A stretch of 64,000 nt of DNA from Candidatus Latescibacterota bacterium (GTDB taxonomy: Bacteria > Latescibacterota > UBA2968): assembly GCA_965204745.1 (NCBI GenBank), contig OZ242010.1, positions 2,400,001 to 2,464,000 of the forward strand, given 5' to 3'. Positions within the stretch are counted from its first letter, which is position 1; each line of letters starts with the position of its first letter. The position numbers and the translations under genes are program-made. Below, piece by piece: positions 9,479-20,542 of this stretch. The notes under the pieces were generated by a model that saw only the letters and a list, made by a program, of their open reading frames with translations, did no database searches and was not told the DNA's origin.

Positions 9479-10906
9479 TCACACATCCAAACACCATTCG
9501 TAGGGGCCGGGGCCCGTATGGCAAATCATCTCGGCGATTTGTCGGCGCATGGCCGCAATGCGCGGTTGGTGTGTGGGAAGTTGCGCGAGGTTTTGCATTT
9601 CGTTCGGGTCGGTTTTCAGATCGTACAACTCGTCGATGTCAAAGCGATTGCGGATGTACTTCCAGCGTCTGTCTCGGTTCATCACATGCGCGGCAAATCG
9701 CGCCCTTTCTTCCGAGTGAAAATAAAGGGCTTCTTGACTGGCGATCTCGGCGAAGATGGGCCGCGGTTCGGGTTGCCGCCCGTTCAAAATGGCGTCGGCA
9801 ACAGAACGACCATCGATGTTCTCGGGGGGCACCTCGTTTGCCATAGCGAGCAGGGTGGGCATGAGGTCCACGCCTGCGAGTGGCGTCGCAACGCGCAACC
9901 CCGACGGGAGAACACGCGGCCACGAGAGCAGGCAGGGGACTCTGACCGATGCCTCGTACATGAGACTTTTTTCCGTAAAGCCGTGATCCCCGAGCAGTTC
10001 GCCGTGGTCGCTTAGGAAGGCCACGAGGGTGTTGTCGCGCAAATTCCGTTGGTTGAGCACATCGATCAGCCGCCCAACCTGCGCGTCAATATGGGTGATC
10101 AGCGCGTAATAATATGCCATCATCTCTCGGAATTGGCAATCGGTCACGGTGCTCGGTATGCGAAATTTCGCCCGGGTCTGATAGCGCAGTTTGCCGCGGA
10201 GTGGATCGCGCAGAGAATCCGGCAGGGGGATCTGATCCACAGGGTAGCGTCGGAGCAGATCCGGCGGAACGACGATGAGGGGATGCGGGTCTTTGATGCT
10301 CACAAACAAGAAAAACGGTTCGTCTCGCGACGGGGGCAAAAAGTCAATCGCGCGGTCAATCGTCCAGGTGGTGCGTTGCTGTCGCGGGTCTGTCAGTGTG
10401 GTAAAGGGCAGTGTATTGCCGTACTGGGTGATGGCTACCCCGTCGCCGTAGAGATTGGGCACGCCCTCGCGGTCAAAATAATCGAAGAGAGGATCTGGAT
10501 ATTCCGGGCCGAGGTACCGATAGGGTTGCCAGAAATCCTCGAATCCGCGTTGCGGCGCGTGGTCATCGCCTAGGTGCCACGGGCCGACCATGCCACAGCG
10601 ATAGCCCGCACGGTTCAAAATATCGCCCAGGGTGACGCAATCGGGCGGCAAATAAGACCCCCAGGTTTTGCCTCGTTTTGGCCCGTAGTTTCGCAGTTGC
10701 AAGTGGGCATGAGGATAGCATCCGGTCAACCAACTCGCCCGCGCAGGCGAACAAACCGGAGACGCACAATAGGCGTTTTCAAAGCACACGTCGGCCAGAC
10801 GGTCCAGATGGGGGGTTTGAACGATGGAACTCCCCGCAAAACCGGCCGCGTCCCAGCGCATTTGATCGCACATGATGAGTAGGATATTGGGGCGGGACTT
10901 CGCCAT
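9479..10906 (-). CDS. Sulfatase (Cys-type)
   Basis: RPNILLIMCDQMR, CSPARASWLTG (CxPxR), SDHGE, ELYDLKTDPNEMQNL. Confidence 0.92.
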   Translation of the reverse strand: MAKSRPNILLIMCDQMRWDAAGFAGSSIVQTPHLDRLADVCFENAYCASPVCSPARASWLTGCYPHAHLQLRNYGPKRGKTWGSYLPPDCVTLGDILNRAGYRCGMVGPWHLGDDHAPQRGFEDFWQPYRYLGPEYPDPLFDYFDREGVPNLYGDGVAITQYGNTLPFTTLTDPRQQRTTWTIDRAIDFLPPSRDEPFFLFVSIKDPHPLIVVPPDLLRRYPVDQIPLPDSLRDPLRGKLRYQTRAKFRIPSTVTDCQFREMMAYYYALITHIDAQVGRLIDVLNQRNLRDNTLVAFLSDHGELLGDHGFTEKSLMYEASVRVPCLLSWPRVLPSGLRVATPLAGVDLMPTLLAMANEVPPENIDGRSVADAILNGRQPEPRPIFAEIASQEALYFHSEERARFAAHVMNRDRRWKYIRNRFDIDELYDLKTDPNEMQNLAQLPTHQPRIAAMRRQIAEMICHTGPGPYEWCLDV

Positions 10907-10923
10907 AAATGCCTCGTTACAAT

Positions 10924-12039
10924 CTATCTCGCGTCTATCCACCAGTGAAGGATGTTGGTCTGGCTCTTTTTGTAGGCGTGCGATGCCTGGATCAGCAACC
11001 GGCGCCGCTTGTGGAGATTCAGCGAACCGACCACCATGCTGTTCGAGTACGCGCCGGTCCCCGCCTCGCGCATCCTCAAGTAGATGCCGTCATCCCAGGC
11101 GAGACCATCTCGTGAAGAATACAGAACAAAATGACCCCTTTTCGCTTTCTCACCGTAATGTCCACTCCGGCCGGTCATAAAATAACAGCCGTTCAGCGAG
11201 GCCAACTGGGGATTTCGAATCTTCTTTTGAAAGTGTGCGACCTTCGCGTCAGACCAGGTACGACCGCCGTCGTCGCTCACCACATAGTCCATCGCGTGCT
11301 CAGCGTTCTCGTTGTATATATAGACAACGATGCTGCCGGAAGCGAGTTTTCCCATGGTGCCGTACGATTTCCCGGCGGTGTCGAAGGGAAGTTCGCTGCG
11401 CTTTGAGAATGTCCGGCCGTTGTCGGCGCTCGCGTACAACTCATACACATGTTCGTCCTTGTTGCCCCAGAATTTGATCTCGTTGTCGTTCTTGAAGTGG
11501 AGCGCGAGTATCTCTCCGTCGTAATACCGCGCATCGTAGAGCCTCCCCCGATTGTCGCACAGGTCACGCGGCTCACTCCAGGTGTAGCCTCCGTCCTCGC
11601 TGATGATGTACGTCGGCACCTGAAAGCGTCGCCAAATGTCATCGTTGGTGATGTTACACACGAGGAAGAAGAGGACGATTTCGCCCTGGTCCGTTAAAAC
11701 CGCTTTCTCGCAGAAGGCAGAAAATTTCTCGGCGTTGGGCCCTCCCGCTCGCCCCGTGTCGAACAGGTTCTTTGAGTAGGCGAGCGCGTTCGGATCGCCC
11801 CAGGTTTTGCCGCTGTCTTCAGAACGCTTGTATTCCATCCAGCCCACGGCCGAATGACCGTTGTTGTCATCGGAGCAGTTGGGATAAAAGGCGAGCAGCT
11901 TCCCGTCTTCATACTCGACGAGTGCGTGTCCGAGATTTCCGCTCCTTCCCGTCTGGGCGTGATCGACGAAGAGAATCCCATCGTTCGGCGGGTTCTTTGG
12001 GGTGACCTCGTAATTTGCTTTGGTTGGATTCGCGTCCAT
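10924..12039 (-). CDS. BNR/Asp-box sialidase-family protein
   Basis: Asp boxes SEDSGKTW, SEDGGYTW, SADNGRTF, SDDGGRTW, SRDGLAW. Confidence 0.8.
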   Translation of the reverse strand: MDANPTKANYEVTPKNPPNDGILFVDHAQTGRSGNLGHALVEYEDGKLLAFYPNCSDDNNGHSAVGWMEYKRSEDSGKTWGDPNALAYSKNLFDTGRAGGPNAEKFSAFCEKAVLTDQGEIVLFFLVCNITNDDIWRRFQVPTYIISEDGGYTWSEPRDLCDNRGRLYDARYYDGEILALHFKNDNEIKFWGNKDEHVYELYASADNGRTFSKRSELPFDTAGKSYGTMGKLASGSIVVYIYNENAEHAMDYVVSDDGGRTWSDAKVAHFQKKIRNPQLASLNGCYFMTGRSGHYGEKAKRGHFVLYSSRDGLAWDDGIYLRMREAGTGAYSNSMVVGSLNLHKRRRLLIQASHAYKKSQTNILHWWIDAR

Positions 12040-12062
12040 AAGTGCCTCATCTTTCCTCGGAG

Positions 12063-13511
12063 TTACGTGTCTTGGTAGATTCTGGCGGAGTACATTTCGA
12101 AGCCTTCGGGGCCGGGGTAGCCGTCGTAGAGGTCGCATTCGGGAACCTTGCCGGGCGCGCCATTTTTGAGCCAGTCGATGAAGATGGGGTCGGCATTGCG
12201 GCGCTCGAGTTCGGCGAGGCCCGATGCGTGTAGGGCTTGGACGCGAGCGGGATTTTCAGAAGCGATATCGTCCAGAGACCCGTAAGGGGTGAGGATGCTG
12301 TCTTCGGGGTCGGGGTGCCATTCGAGATAGCCTTCTCGATCAAAGACGGTAAAGTAGCCGCGTTGAAGATGCTTCATCGCCTTGCCGCGAGCCACGCCTG
12401 CCAAAGCGAGTTCGCGGTTGCCCAGGCTGTTTTCACGCGCGGCGTTGAGGATGTCGTAACTTTCGATATCGTCGGGAATGGGCGCGCCCGCCAAGTTGGC
12501 GATGGTGGCGAAGAAATCTTGCGGTTGGAAGATGGCGGAACTGCGCCCGGTTTCGCCTTCGGGTGTTTTGATGAAGAGTGGAATGTGGATTTCCCGGTCG
12601 CGAACGGGCGCGCCTTTGCCAAATTTGCCGCGTTCTCCCACGTTGGTGCCGTGATCGCCTGCAACGATGATCGCAGTGTTTTTGGCCAGCCCCGTGGCTT
12701 CGAATGCTTCGAGGAAGCGGCCAAAGCAGTGGTCCATCCAGGTGACTTTGGCGGCATAACTCGCTTTGATGCGGGCTTTGGCTTCGTCGGGGAGCTCGGG
12801 ATTGCTGCGGGTTTGCGTTCCCCCCTTGAATGTGCGCGGGTCGAGCCGCCCATCATAGCCCGGCGTTTTGTCGTATTTGAGCATGAACTCAGGCGGTGCG
12901 TCCCAGGGTTCGTGGGGGTCAAAGCAGTCGATCCAAAGAAAGAAATTTTCTCGGTTTTTATTGTCGCGTAAGAAGTTGGCCGCTGTGTTGAAGAGTCTGG
13001 CGCAGTTCCAGTCGTCTAAGTTGTCGCGGCCGCGGTTGGTGCGGGCATATTGAATGAGCGGTGCGGGGAGTTTGTCGTCGAGGAGGTCAAAGATCGGGTC
13101 TTTTGCCCAGTTGCGAGGCCATCTGGCTTCGTCATTCATCCAGGAACGGTCGACCTCGGCACCGCGAATGAAGGTCCAGGTGTGGAATGGGTAGTCAAAG
13201 GCATGCCCCCCGTTGACGAGGTGGGGCGTGTCGTGCAGGAGTTGGGTCGCGTAGCCCGCTTCGCCCAAGACAGATGGCAACGCATTGGCGGTGAAGGGCA
13301 GTGGCTTCCAGGCGTGAAACGGACTGCCGTACTTGCCGGTCATGACATCGGTGCGATAGGGGATGGTGGGAAAGCTCGCTGCGAAGGCGCGATCAAAACA
13401 CCAGGATTGGGAGGCTAAGCGATTGAGGTTGGGCGTTTCGATCCAGTCGTTGCCGTTGGCGCCGATGTAGTCGTAGCGCATGGTGTCGATGAGTAAGAGA
13501 ATGATGTTCAT
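12063..13511 (-). CDS. Sulfatase-like hydrolase with a TxPxR motif
   Basis: NIILLLIDTMRYD, TPNLNRLA, FPTIPYRTDVMTG, FDPHEPW, GDHG. Confidence 0.85.
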   Translation of the reverse strand: MNIILLLIDTMRYDYIGANGNDWIETPNLNRLASQSWCFDRAFAASFPTIPYRTDVMTGKYGSPFHAWKPLPFTANALPSVLGEAGYATQLLHDTPHLVNGGHAFDYPFHTWTFIRGAEVDRSWMNDEARWPRNWAKDPIFDLLDDKLPAPLIQYARTNRGRDNLDDWNCARLFNTAANFLRDNKNRENFFLWIDCFDPHEPWDAPPEFMLKYDKTPGYDGRLDPRTFKGGTQTRSNPELPDEAKARIKASYAAKVTWMDHCFGRFLEAFEATGLAKNTAIIVAGDHGTNVGERGKFGKGAPVRDREIHIPLFIKTPEGETGRSSAIFQPQDFFATIANLAGAPIPDDIESYDILNAARENSLGNRELALAGVARGKAMKHLQRGYFTVFDREGYLEWHPDPEDSILTPYGSLDDIASENPARVQALHASGLAELERRNADPIFIDWLKNGAPGKVPECDLYDGYPGPEGFEMYSARIYQDT

Positions 13512-13565
13512 CGCAAACCTCTGAGGGCGAAAGCGTAGGGACAGGCCCTAGTGCCCGTCCTCGAT

Positions 13566-16001
13566 TTACTCGTACTTCAGCGCGTCAACCGGGTTGGTGT
13601 GCGCGGCTTTCCACGCTTGGTAGCTCACCGTGAAAAGCGCGATGCCCATGGCGAGGGCCGTGCTCATCGCGAATGCCGCCACGCCCAAGTCGATGCGGTA
13701 TGAAAAATTGGACAGATAGTTGTTCAGCGCGTAATACGCCACGGGCCATGCGATGAGGCTGGCAAGTGCCACGAGTTGGATAAATTCCGCGGAGAACATC
13801 AGCGCGATTTGCCCGAAAGACGCGCCGAGCACCTTGCGAACGCCGATCTCTTTGGTGCGCCGTTGTGCAGAGAGCGCGGCCAGGCCGAACAACCCCAAAC
13901 AGCAAACGAAAATCGCCAGCAAAGAAGAGAGGTCCGCGACCTTTCGCAAGCGGAGCTCGTTGCGGTATGCAGCCGCTAGGCCCTCGTCGATGAAAATGGG
14001 CCTGAACGGCTCGTCGGGCACGAATTTTTCCCACTGCGTTTGCAAAAAGGCCATCGTCTCCTCGAAGTGTTCTCCCGTCACTTTGAGCGCGAGGTACGCG
14101 TACAATCTCGACCATTTGACGAGGGCCAGGGGGGCGATCTTTTCGCGCAAAGGAGCAAAATGGTAGTCCTTAAACACGCCCACGACCGTGCCCGATCCCA
14201 GGCCCGTCCACTCGAGTTGCTTGCCGATGGGATTCTCCCAACCAAAGCCCTTGGCTGCGGATTCGTTGATCAAAAACTCGGAGGAAAACCGCTGAAGAGC
14301 CCTGCCCTTGCCCGGCGTGAAATTCCTTCCCGCGACGAGTTCGATGCCCATTGTGGTCAAAAAATCCTCATCGACTTCGTTGAACAGCACGCGCCAATCA
14401 TCGCCGGGCAGCCCCTCTGGACGCACGGTCCAAATCCGGCCGCCACCGCCTTGGGGAAAGGGCAAATAGCGCGACGCCGTGGCCTGCAACACATTGGGAT
14501 GGCGCAAAAACGATTGCTTCACCGTGGCGTAGCGCGCGGCCAACCGCTGTTCAAAATTCGCGTGTTCCTCGCGGCTCGGCGCGAAAATTTGCAACATCAC
14601 GAGGTGGTCGGTCTCAAACCCCAGGTCTCGGTTGAGCATATAGGAAATCTGATCGCGCACCACGAGCGTGCCCACGAGCAAGAAGATCGAAATCGAAAAT
14701 TGGAAGACCACCAACGCCTTCCAAAACCACGCGCCTCGGTTGCCAGATCGAATTTGGTGTTTGAGGGTTTCGATAGGCTGCCAGGCGGACAATGCAAAGG
14801 CCGGGTAACTGCCCGCCAAAATCCCGGTCGCCAAGATGACCCCGACCGCCACGGGCAACAAGGTGAGGGATGCCTCGCGGTCCAAGGACAAGGGCTGTTG
14901 GATCAGATCGCCAAACACGGGCAAGAGCAACGCGCAGAGACCCAGTGCCAGCACCAACGCGAGAAAGGCCACGATCAGGGATTCGCCCAGGAATTGCTGG
15001 ATCAACTGCCAACGGGTGGCCCCCACCACTTTTCGCAAGCCCACCTCGCGCGCGCGCCCGATGGATTGGGCGGTTGCCAAATTCATGAAGTTCACGCAGG
15101 CGATAGCGAGGATGAACACCGCGACGATGCCCAACACGTAGAGTTGATCGATATCGCCAAATCTGTCGATGCCGTAATCCGCACGCGAATGGAGATAGAC
15201 GCGGTGAAAGGGTTGCAGGTGATACGCATTGTGCATCTGAACTTCCGCGCCCATATAGCGCGTCATAAAGTCCGGCAACTTGCGCGATAGGGACGCGCTG
15301 TGCGCGCCTTTTTGCAGGAGGACGTACGTATGTACGGGGCGCCATGCCTGAAATTTCTGCCAGGTGATCCATTTGCTTTCCCAGCGATTCTTTGGCATGC
15401 GCGCCATGATCAACCCGAAGCGAATCGTCGAGGGCACAGTCTGCGCTCTCATGACCCCGCGGATGATATAGTCCCCGCCAAAGATGGAATTGTCGACGGT
15501 CAAAACCCTGCCCATCGGGTCTTCCTCGCCAAAGAGAAGCGATGCCACGCGGTCGGTAATCACCATGCCGAATGGATCTGCAAATGCGGTTTGGGGATCG
15601 CCATGGACAAATTCCGCGTCGAACACGTCGAACACATGCTTATCGACGAGGCTAAACCGCGCCCGAATCAACCGATCCTCGCGTTTGACTTTTACGTTCC
15701 AGTGCCACATGCGGACCGCGGTTTGCACCTCGGGGAAATCGCGTTCTAGCGCAGGCCCCAAGGGGCCGGATGTGCCCCAATCAAAACCGCGCGACCCGTC
15801 TTTGCCCTGGGTTTCGCGCACCACTTGGTAAATGCGGTCGCCGTTTTTGTGACCCCGGTCATAGCGCAGTTCGTGTTGCACGAACAACGCGATCAACAGA
15901 CAACAGGCCATGCCGATCCCCAAGCCGAGCACGTTGAGGGTGGCGTAGATTTTGTTCCGCATCAAATTGCGGATGGCGACGATGAGATAGTTTTTGACCA
16001 T
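13566..16001 (-). CDS. ABC transporter permease (MacB/FtsX-like, duplicated)
   Basis: MVKNYLIVAIRNL, ACVNFMNLATA..RAREVGLRKVVGA, RRTKEIGVRKVLGA, NPVDALKYE. Confidence 0.92.
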   Translation of the reverse strand: MVKNYLIVAIRNLMRNKIYATLNVLGLGIGMACCLLIALFVQHELRYDRGHKNGDRIYQVVRETQGKDGSRGFDWGTSGPLGPALERDFPEVQTAVRMWHWNVKVKREDRLIRARFSLVDKHVFDVFDAEFVHGDPQTAFADPFGMVITDRVASLLFGEEDPMGRVLTVDNSIFGGDYIIRGVMRAQTVPSTIRFGLIMARMPKNRWESKWITWQKFQAWRPVHTYVLLQKGAHSASLSRKLPDFMTRYMGAEVQMHNAYHLQPFHRVYLHSRADYGIDRFGDIDQLYVLGIVAVFILAIACVNFMNLATAQSIGRAREVGLRKVVGATRWQLIQQFLGESLIVAFLALVLALGLCALLLPVFGDLIQQPLSLDREASLTLLPVAVGVILATGILAGSYPAFALSAWQPIETLKHQIRSGNRGAWFWKALVVFQFSISIFLLVGTLVVRDQISYMLNRDLGFETDHLVMLQIFAPSREEHANFEQRLAARYATVKQSFLRHPNVLQATASRYLPFPQGGGGRIWTVRPEGLPGDDWRVLFNEVDEDFLTTMGIELVAGRNFTPGKGRALQRFSSEFLINESAAKGFGWENPIGKQLEWTGLGSGTVVGVFKDYHFAPLREKIAPLALVKWSRLYAYLALKVTGEHFEETMAFLQTQWEKFVPDEPFRPIFIDEGLAAAYRNELRLRKVADLSSLLAIFVCCLGLFGLAALSAQRRTKEIGVRKVLGASFGQIALMFSAEFIQLVALASLIAWPVAYYALNNYLSNFSYRIDLGVAAFAMSTALAMGIALFTVSYQAWKAAHTNPVDALKYE

Positions 16002-16022
16002 GGGAAATCTCGAAACTCGGCG

Positions 16023-18380
16023 TCAGGGCTCGAGTGCGTGCCGCGCCTTGAGTTGGGCGATGAAGTTGGGGTCGAAGGTTTTGAAGTGATCTACAATGTC
16101 ATTGCCGAGCGCGGTATTGAGATGGGCGTGTTGCACGGCTTTGTCGATTTCCACGATGCCGGTGCGGTCGATCAGTTCGGGACGCGCTTTGCCGTTGATG
16201 ATCGGCGCGTGCAGGGTGCAGTTGGTGAACCGCGTTCCCAAGCTGCTTTTCACCGCGTAAAAAACAGCGGGCACTTTTCGCACGTCGGGCTGGAAGCGGC
16301 AGGTGTCGAAGACCAATTCCCCGCGCAGGCCCGGCGCCTGAACCGCGTTGATCCCACAGCGTTCAAAGAACGCGCTGGCAATGCACTGCCCCAAGTAAAT
16401 GCCGATGTTCTCGCAATCCGAAAAGCGAATGAGCGGACGAAGCGCGTGCGAATCCGCGTAGTCATGGGCCCTTTCCGCGCCGATGAGGAGGTGCATGGCT
16501 TCGGGATCAGCGGGATTGGTGGGCGTCAATTTTTCGAGTTGCACGTCAGCGCAAATCAGGGTGCAGTTGGGGATGAGTCGGTTGCCGTCGTACGCGCTCT
16601 TTTGGCGCAGGTCGTAGTGGTGCGGGTCGGGAATGCGGATGAGGCGCACGCCCTGGTCGCGGCCTTCCACGAGGATGTTGCGAAACGCGATGCGGCGGGG
16701 AAAAAAGAGGCGTGCATTTTCGGCTGTTTTGGAAAAGGGCGCGATGTCCATCAGCCAGCACGGGTCTTTTGATTCGGGCACCGCACTGTAATCCACGATC
16801 ATATCTTCAATTTTGACACTTCTTGCAAAGCCGATGGGGTATTGGTAGTCGAACTTGTCCGGGTGGTAGGCGAGCACGGCGACTTTGCCTTTGCCGCTGG
16901 GCTTCAGTGTGCAGTTGCGGAGGTGGATGTGACCGTCCCATTTGGCGCCGTAATCCCGCCGGAAATTGACGAATTGATTGCCGTAGCGCGTGGTGTTTTC
17001 GATGACCAAATCCCCGCCGCCGGTGACGGAGATGCCTTTGAAGCCAATCGCGCAATGGCCGATGTAGAGGTTCCAGCAGTGAAAGTGAACGTCAATGCGG
17101 TTGAGGCGACAATTTTCAACGCGAAAATTTTTGTTGAGATTGGTGCCGAAAAATCCCCACGCGACCCAGCCGCCCTCGGCGGTCAAATTGCGAAATGTGC
17201 AGTTGAGCATCCGTGCGCCGCTGATGCCATAGGTGCCCGCGGCCAAGACGCGATCAGGGGTGCGGCGGTTTTTCTCCCAGGGCATTGCGCGGATATTTTC
17301 CAAGGTCACGTCATAGACATGGCCGAGCACGTAAAAGCCGCGGCGGGGTTGCATGGACATATCGCGCTTGCCCGTTTCCAAGCCCATCCACTGCTGGCGA
17401 ATGATGGTGCGACTGCGGTGGATGGCGATGCCGTTGTGGCGATACCCGGTGTACGTTTCCCCCGGCACGTCGCCAGAAAAGTAAAACCCGCCGCCTTCGA
17501 CGACGAGGTACTGGTCGTTGCAGGGCGTGGCCGCGATGGTCGTGAAATTTTTGAATGCCCAAGCGATGTCGCCGATGACGCGGCCTTCTTCTTCCACGTA
17601 AAAAAATTCTTCGCGCGCCCACCCGGCTTTGGAATAGTTGCCTGCGCGAATGCCGATGCGGTCGCGCGAATCTGCAACTGTGATGAGATGCCCCGCATAA
17701 GGGGCCAGTTCCGGAATGAGTTGCACGCCGGGTTTGAGTTGTTTGAGCAAGGCCGCTTTGAGGTCCTCGTCTCGCGTGAGGTCTTTCTCCGCTTCGTCAT
17801 TGCGAACGATGAAGCGCGGTTTGTTTTTTGCGTTGTGTTTTTCGTCGATGTGAAAGGTCGTTTTGCCCCAATGCACGTCGGTCGCGATGGGGATATCGTG
17901 CGTCTGTTTGATCCAGTATTCGCCCGCGCGATTGACGATTGGAACGCCGCGTGCGTTCGCGTATTCATGCGCCAACTTGATCTGCGCGCCATCGTCTTGG
18001 ACGCCATCGCCGACTGCGCCGAACATGGCGTAGTTCACAGCGCGATTTTCCACCAAAACCGCCATCAGGTCATTTTGGAGAGCGATGACGTCAGCACCGT
18101 TGGGCTGGGTTTCGCTATCGCGTTTTTGGATGCGATAGAATGCCGCGCCGCCATCGCCCGGTGCGTAAAACCCCGCGGTTTCGGCGAACGAATCACCGTC
18201 CCCCGCCTGGGATTTCATGGCCCGAACTGTGGGATAGCGCGTCAGGCGGATGTTTTCTGTCGCTTGCATTTCGGTCTCCTCGGCGAGTGCGCGTGCGCTG
18301 TGGTGCGCGAGGACGATACCACTCGCGCCGATACCAGCCATTGCTTTGCGTCTGGACATGTGGTTCTGCGGTTCAGACAT
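16023..18380 (-). CDS. Tat-exported right-handed beta-helix (pectin lyase-like) protein
   Basis: SRRKAM twin-arginine signal; GFYAPGDGGAAFY and FGAVGDGVQDD motifs; GGAGG RBS before ATG 18380. Confidence 0.65.
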   Translation of the reverse strand: MSEPQNHMSRRKAMAGIGASGIVLAHHSARALAEETEMQATENIRLTRYPTVRAMKSQAGDGDSFAETAGFYAPGDGGAAFYRIQKRDSETQPNGADVIALQNDLMAVLVENRAVNYAMFGAVGDGVQDDGAQIKLAHEYANARGVPIVNRAGEYWIKQTHDIPIATDVHWGKTTFHIDEKHNAKNKPRFIVRNDEAEKDLTRDEDLKAALLKQLKPGVQLIPELAPYAGHLITVADSRDRIGIRAGNYSKAGWAREEFFYVEEEGRVIGDIAWAFKNFTTIAATPCNDQYLVVEGGGFYFSGDVPGETYTGYRHNGIAIHRSRTIIRQQWMGLETGKRDMSMQPRRGFYVLGHVYDVTLENIRAMPWEKNRRTPDRVLAAGTYGISGARMLNCTFRNLTAEGGWVAWGFFGTNLNKNFRVENCRLNRIDVHFHCWNLYIGHCAIGFKGISVTGGGDLVIENTTRYGNQFVNFRRDYGAKWDGHIHLRNCTLKPSGKGKVAVLAYHPDKFDYQYPIGFARSVKIEDMIVDYSAVPESKDPCWLMDIAPFSKTAENARLFFPRRIAFRNILVEGRDQGVRLIRIPDPHHYDLRQKSAYDGNRLIPNCTLICADVQLEKLTPTNPADPEAMHLLIGAERAHDYADSHALRPLIRFSDCENIGIYLGQCIASAFFERCGINAVQAPGLRGELVFDTCRFQPDVRKVPAVFYAVKSSLGTRFTNCTLHAPIINGKARPELIDRTGIVEIDKAVQHAHLNTALGNDIVDHFKTFDPNFIAQLKARHALEP

Positions 18381-18606
18381 GCGAGCCTCCAATAAAGTCG
18401 GGGCAATGTACAGCGTCCCGCAAGCCGCGTCAAGCAATCGGTTGAGAGGCGTCATTTTATACTTGTTTTGGAATTGATCCGCCCCGAAGCCATCTGGGAT
18501 AAGAACGTTTTTTACAGAGATAATTTCTCTTTTATGTTGGCTTTTGGGCAACTATTTTCTAACTTTAGGATGATAAAACGAAAAATTCATCTTGGGAGAC
18601 AAGAAA

Positions 18607-19968
18607 ATGATAATCAGTTTTTCCGTTGAGAACTGGATGTCTTTCCGCGACCGCGCCACCTTTTCGATGGTCGCCAGCCAAGAAGAGCAACATGGAACGC
18701 GCGTTTCAAAGCTCGGCAAATACCAAACGCGGGTGCTTCCCATCGCGGCGATTTACGGCGGCAACGCATCGGGCAAGACGAATTTTTTCAAGGCCATGAG
18801 TTTTGCCAAAACGCTGGTCGTCAAAGGCAGCCGCCTCGATAGCCTAATCCCGGTCGAGACGTTTCGCTTGGATGACGGGGAAACGACGCGCCCCGCACGC
18901 TTTGCTTTTGCGTTGCTGGCCGACGAGACCATCTACGACTTCAGCTTCGCAGTAACGCGAAGAGCGGTCTTGGAAGAAAGGTTGGTGAAGATCACGAGTA
19001 CCAGCGAAAACGTGCTCTATGACCGTCGCGATGGCAAACCCAACTTCGCACCATCGCTCGCCAAAGATACCTTCCTACAATTCGCTTTTAGGGGAACTCA
19101 GGACAATCAACTTTTTTTGACCAACGCCGTGTCGCAAAAAGTTGACCATTTTAGACCTGTCTATGACTGGTTCAAGAATGCGCTCGTTCTGATCGCGCCG
19201 GACACTCGGTTTGATCTTTTCGAACAATTTCTCGATGAAGGGCATCCACTTTATACGGCCATGAGCGAGTTGTTGCCGCAGCTCGATACCGGAATTGCCC
19301 GTCTCGGCAGTGAAGAAATTCCATTTGAGAATATCCCGCTTCCCGAGTCCTCAAAGCTCGAGCTTCAGGAAGAAGTGCAAGAAGGCGAGAGCATTCGCTT
19401 TTCGAATCCATCGGGGAATGACCGCTTTGTCGTTACCCGCAAGGATGGCGAGTTAATCGGAAAAAAACTGGTCGCCTTTCACCCCAAATCGGACGGTACA
19501 GAAGCCAAATTTGAAATGCGTCAGGAATCGGATGGCACGCAGCGAATCATCGATCTCCTGCCCGCCTTTCTCGATCTTTCGGAGCAAACATCGCAAAAAG
19601 TCTATGTTATTGACGAGGTCGACCGTAGCCTGCATTCCTTGCTGATCCGCAATTTGATCAAAGCATATCTAATGGGTTGTTCCGCGGAAACTCGGACGCA
19701 ACTGCTCCTGACGACCCATAATGTTATGCTGATGGATCAGCAGTTGTTGCGCCGGGACGAAATGTGGGTAACGGAAAGGGATGCGTCCGGCGTGACGGAC
19801 CTGTTTTCCTTCAGCGAGTACGAAGATATTCGTTACGACAAGGATATTCGGAAAAGCTATCTGCAAGGACGGATGGGTGGAGTCCCTCGCATATTGGGAG
19901 AGATTTTCACAAATCTCCATCCCGAGAAGGAAGGAGAGGAGATGCCCGATGCCGTCGAAGAGACGTAA
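18607..19968 (+). CDS. AAA_21-type ATPase (RloA/AbiLi-like)
   Basis: [11 protein letters not shown], Walker [51 protein letters not shown]. Confidence 0.88.
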   Translation: MIISFSVENWMSFRDRATFSMVASQEEQHGTRVSKLGKYQTRVLPIAAIYGGNASGKTNFFKAMSFAKTLVVKGSRLDSLIPVETFRLDDGETTRPARFAFALLADETIYDFSFAVTRRAVLEERLVKITSTSENVLYDRRDGKPNFAPSLAKDTFLQFAFRGTQDNQLFLTNAVSQKVDHFRPVYDWFKNALVLIAPDTRFDLFEQFLDEGHPLYTAMSELLPQLDTGIARLGSEEIPFENIPLPESSKLELQEEVQEGESIRFSNPSGNDRFVVTRKDGELIGKKLVAFHPKSDGTEAKFEMRQESDGTQRIIDLLPAFLDLSEQTSQKVYVIDEVDRSLHSLLIRNLIKAYLMGCSAETRTQLLLTTHNVMLMDQQLLRRDEMWVTERDASGVTDLFSFSEYEDIRYDKDIRKSYLQGRMGGVPRILGEIFTNLHPEKEGEEMPDAVEET

Positions 19969-20542
19969 ATTCAGCAGGCCAACCGGCAGGCTATCTTACC
20001 GAAAGCTATTTGTCATTGCCACAGAAGGAACAAAGACCGAGCCTCAATATTTCGACCTGTTCAAAAACAGTAAGCATTTGTTTATCCAGGTCGTAAAAAG
20101 CAAACATCACGCACCGCATCAAGTCTTGGGACGCCTGAAAGACCACCTCAAAGGGGAAGATCTGTCGCCTTCGGATGAGGCATGGCTGGTGGTAGATAAA
20201 GACAAATGGACTGACGATCAGTTGGCGCGACTCCACGCATGGTCACAGGAAGCGGATAATTACGGCTTTGCCCTCAGCAATCCCAAATTCGAGTACTGGT
20301 TGTTGCTCCACTTTGAACCTGGCACGAATATCGGATCATCACGCGAATGTTCAGCTCGGTTGAAGCGGCACTTGCCCAACTACGACAAAGACATTGATTC
20401 CCGGAAGTTCACGCCAGACAGGATCAAAGAAGCTATTGATCGGGCCAAGGCTCGTGATAACCCCCCATGTGCGGATTGGCCGCGCGCATTAGGTAGCACA
20501 ACGGTTTACAAACTGGTCGAGAAAATTTGCCATTTCCAATAA
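19949..20542 (+). CDS. rloB: RloB-family protein (AbiLii-like)
   Basis: [41 protein letters not shown]; overlaps the ATPase stop. Confidence 0.85.
   Translation: MPSKRRKFSRPTGRLSYRKLFVIATEGTKTEPQYFDLFKNSKHLFIQVVKSKHHAPHQVLGRLKDHLKGEDLSPSDEAWLVVDKDKWTDDQLARLHAWSQEADNYGFALSNPKFEYWLLLHFEPGTNIGSSRECSARLKRHLPNYDKDIDSRKFTPDRIKEAIDRAKARDNPPCADWPRALGSTTVYKLVEKICHFQ

Noticed and set aside
14040-18395. Long antisense ORFs (14040-15290, 16842-18395 and similar)
   Set aside because: These are shadow frames of GC-rich genes on the opposite strand with no recognisable motifs.
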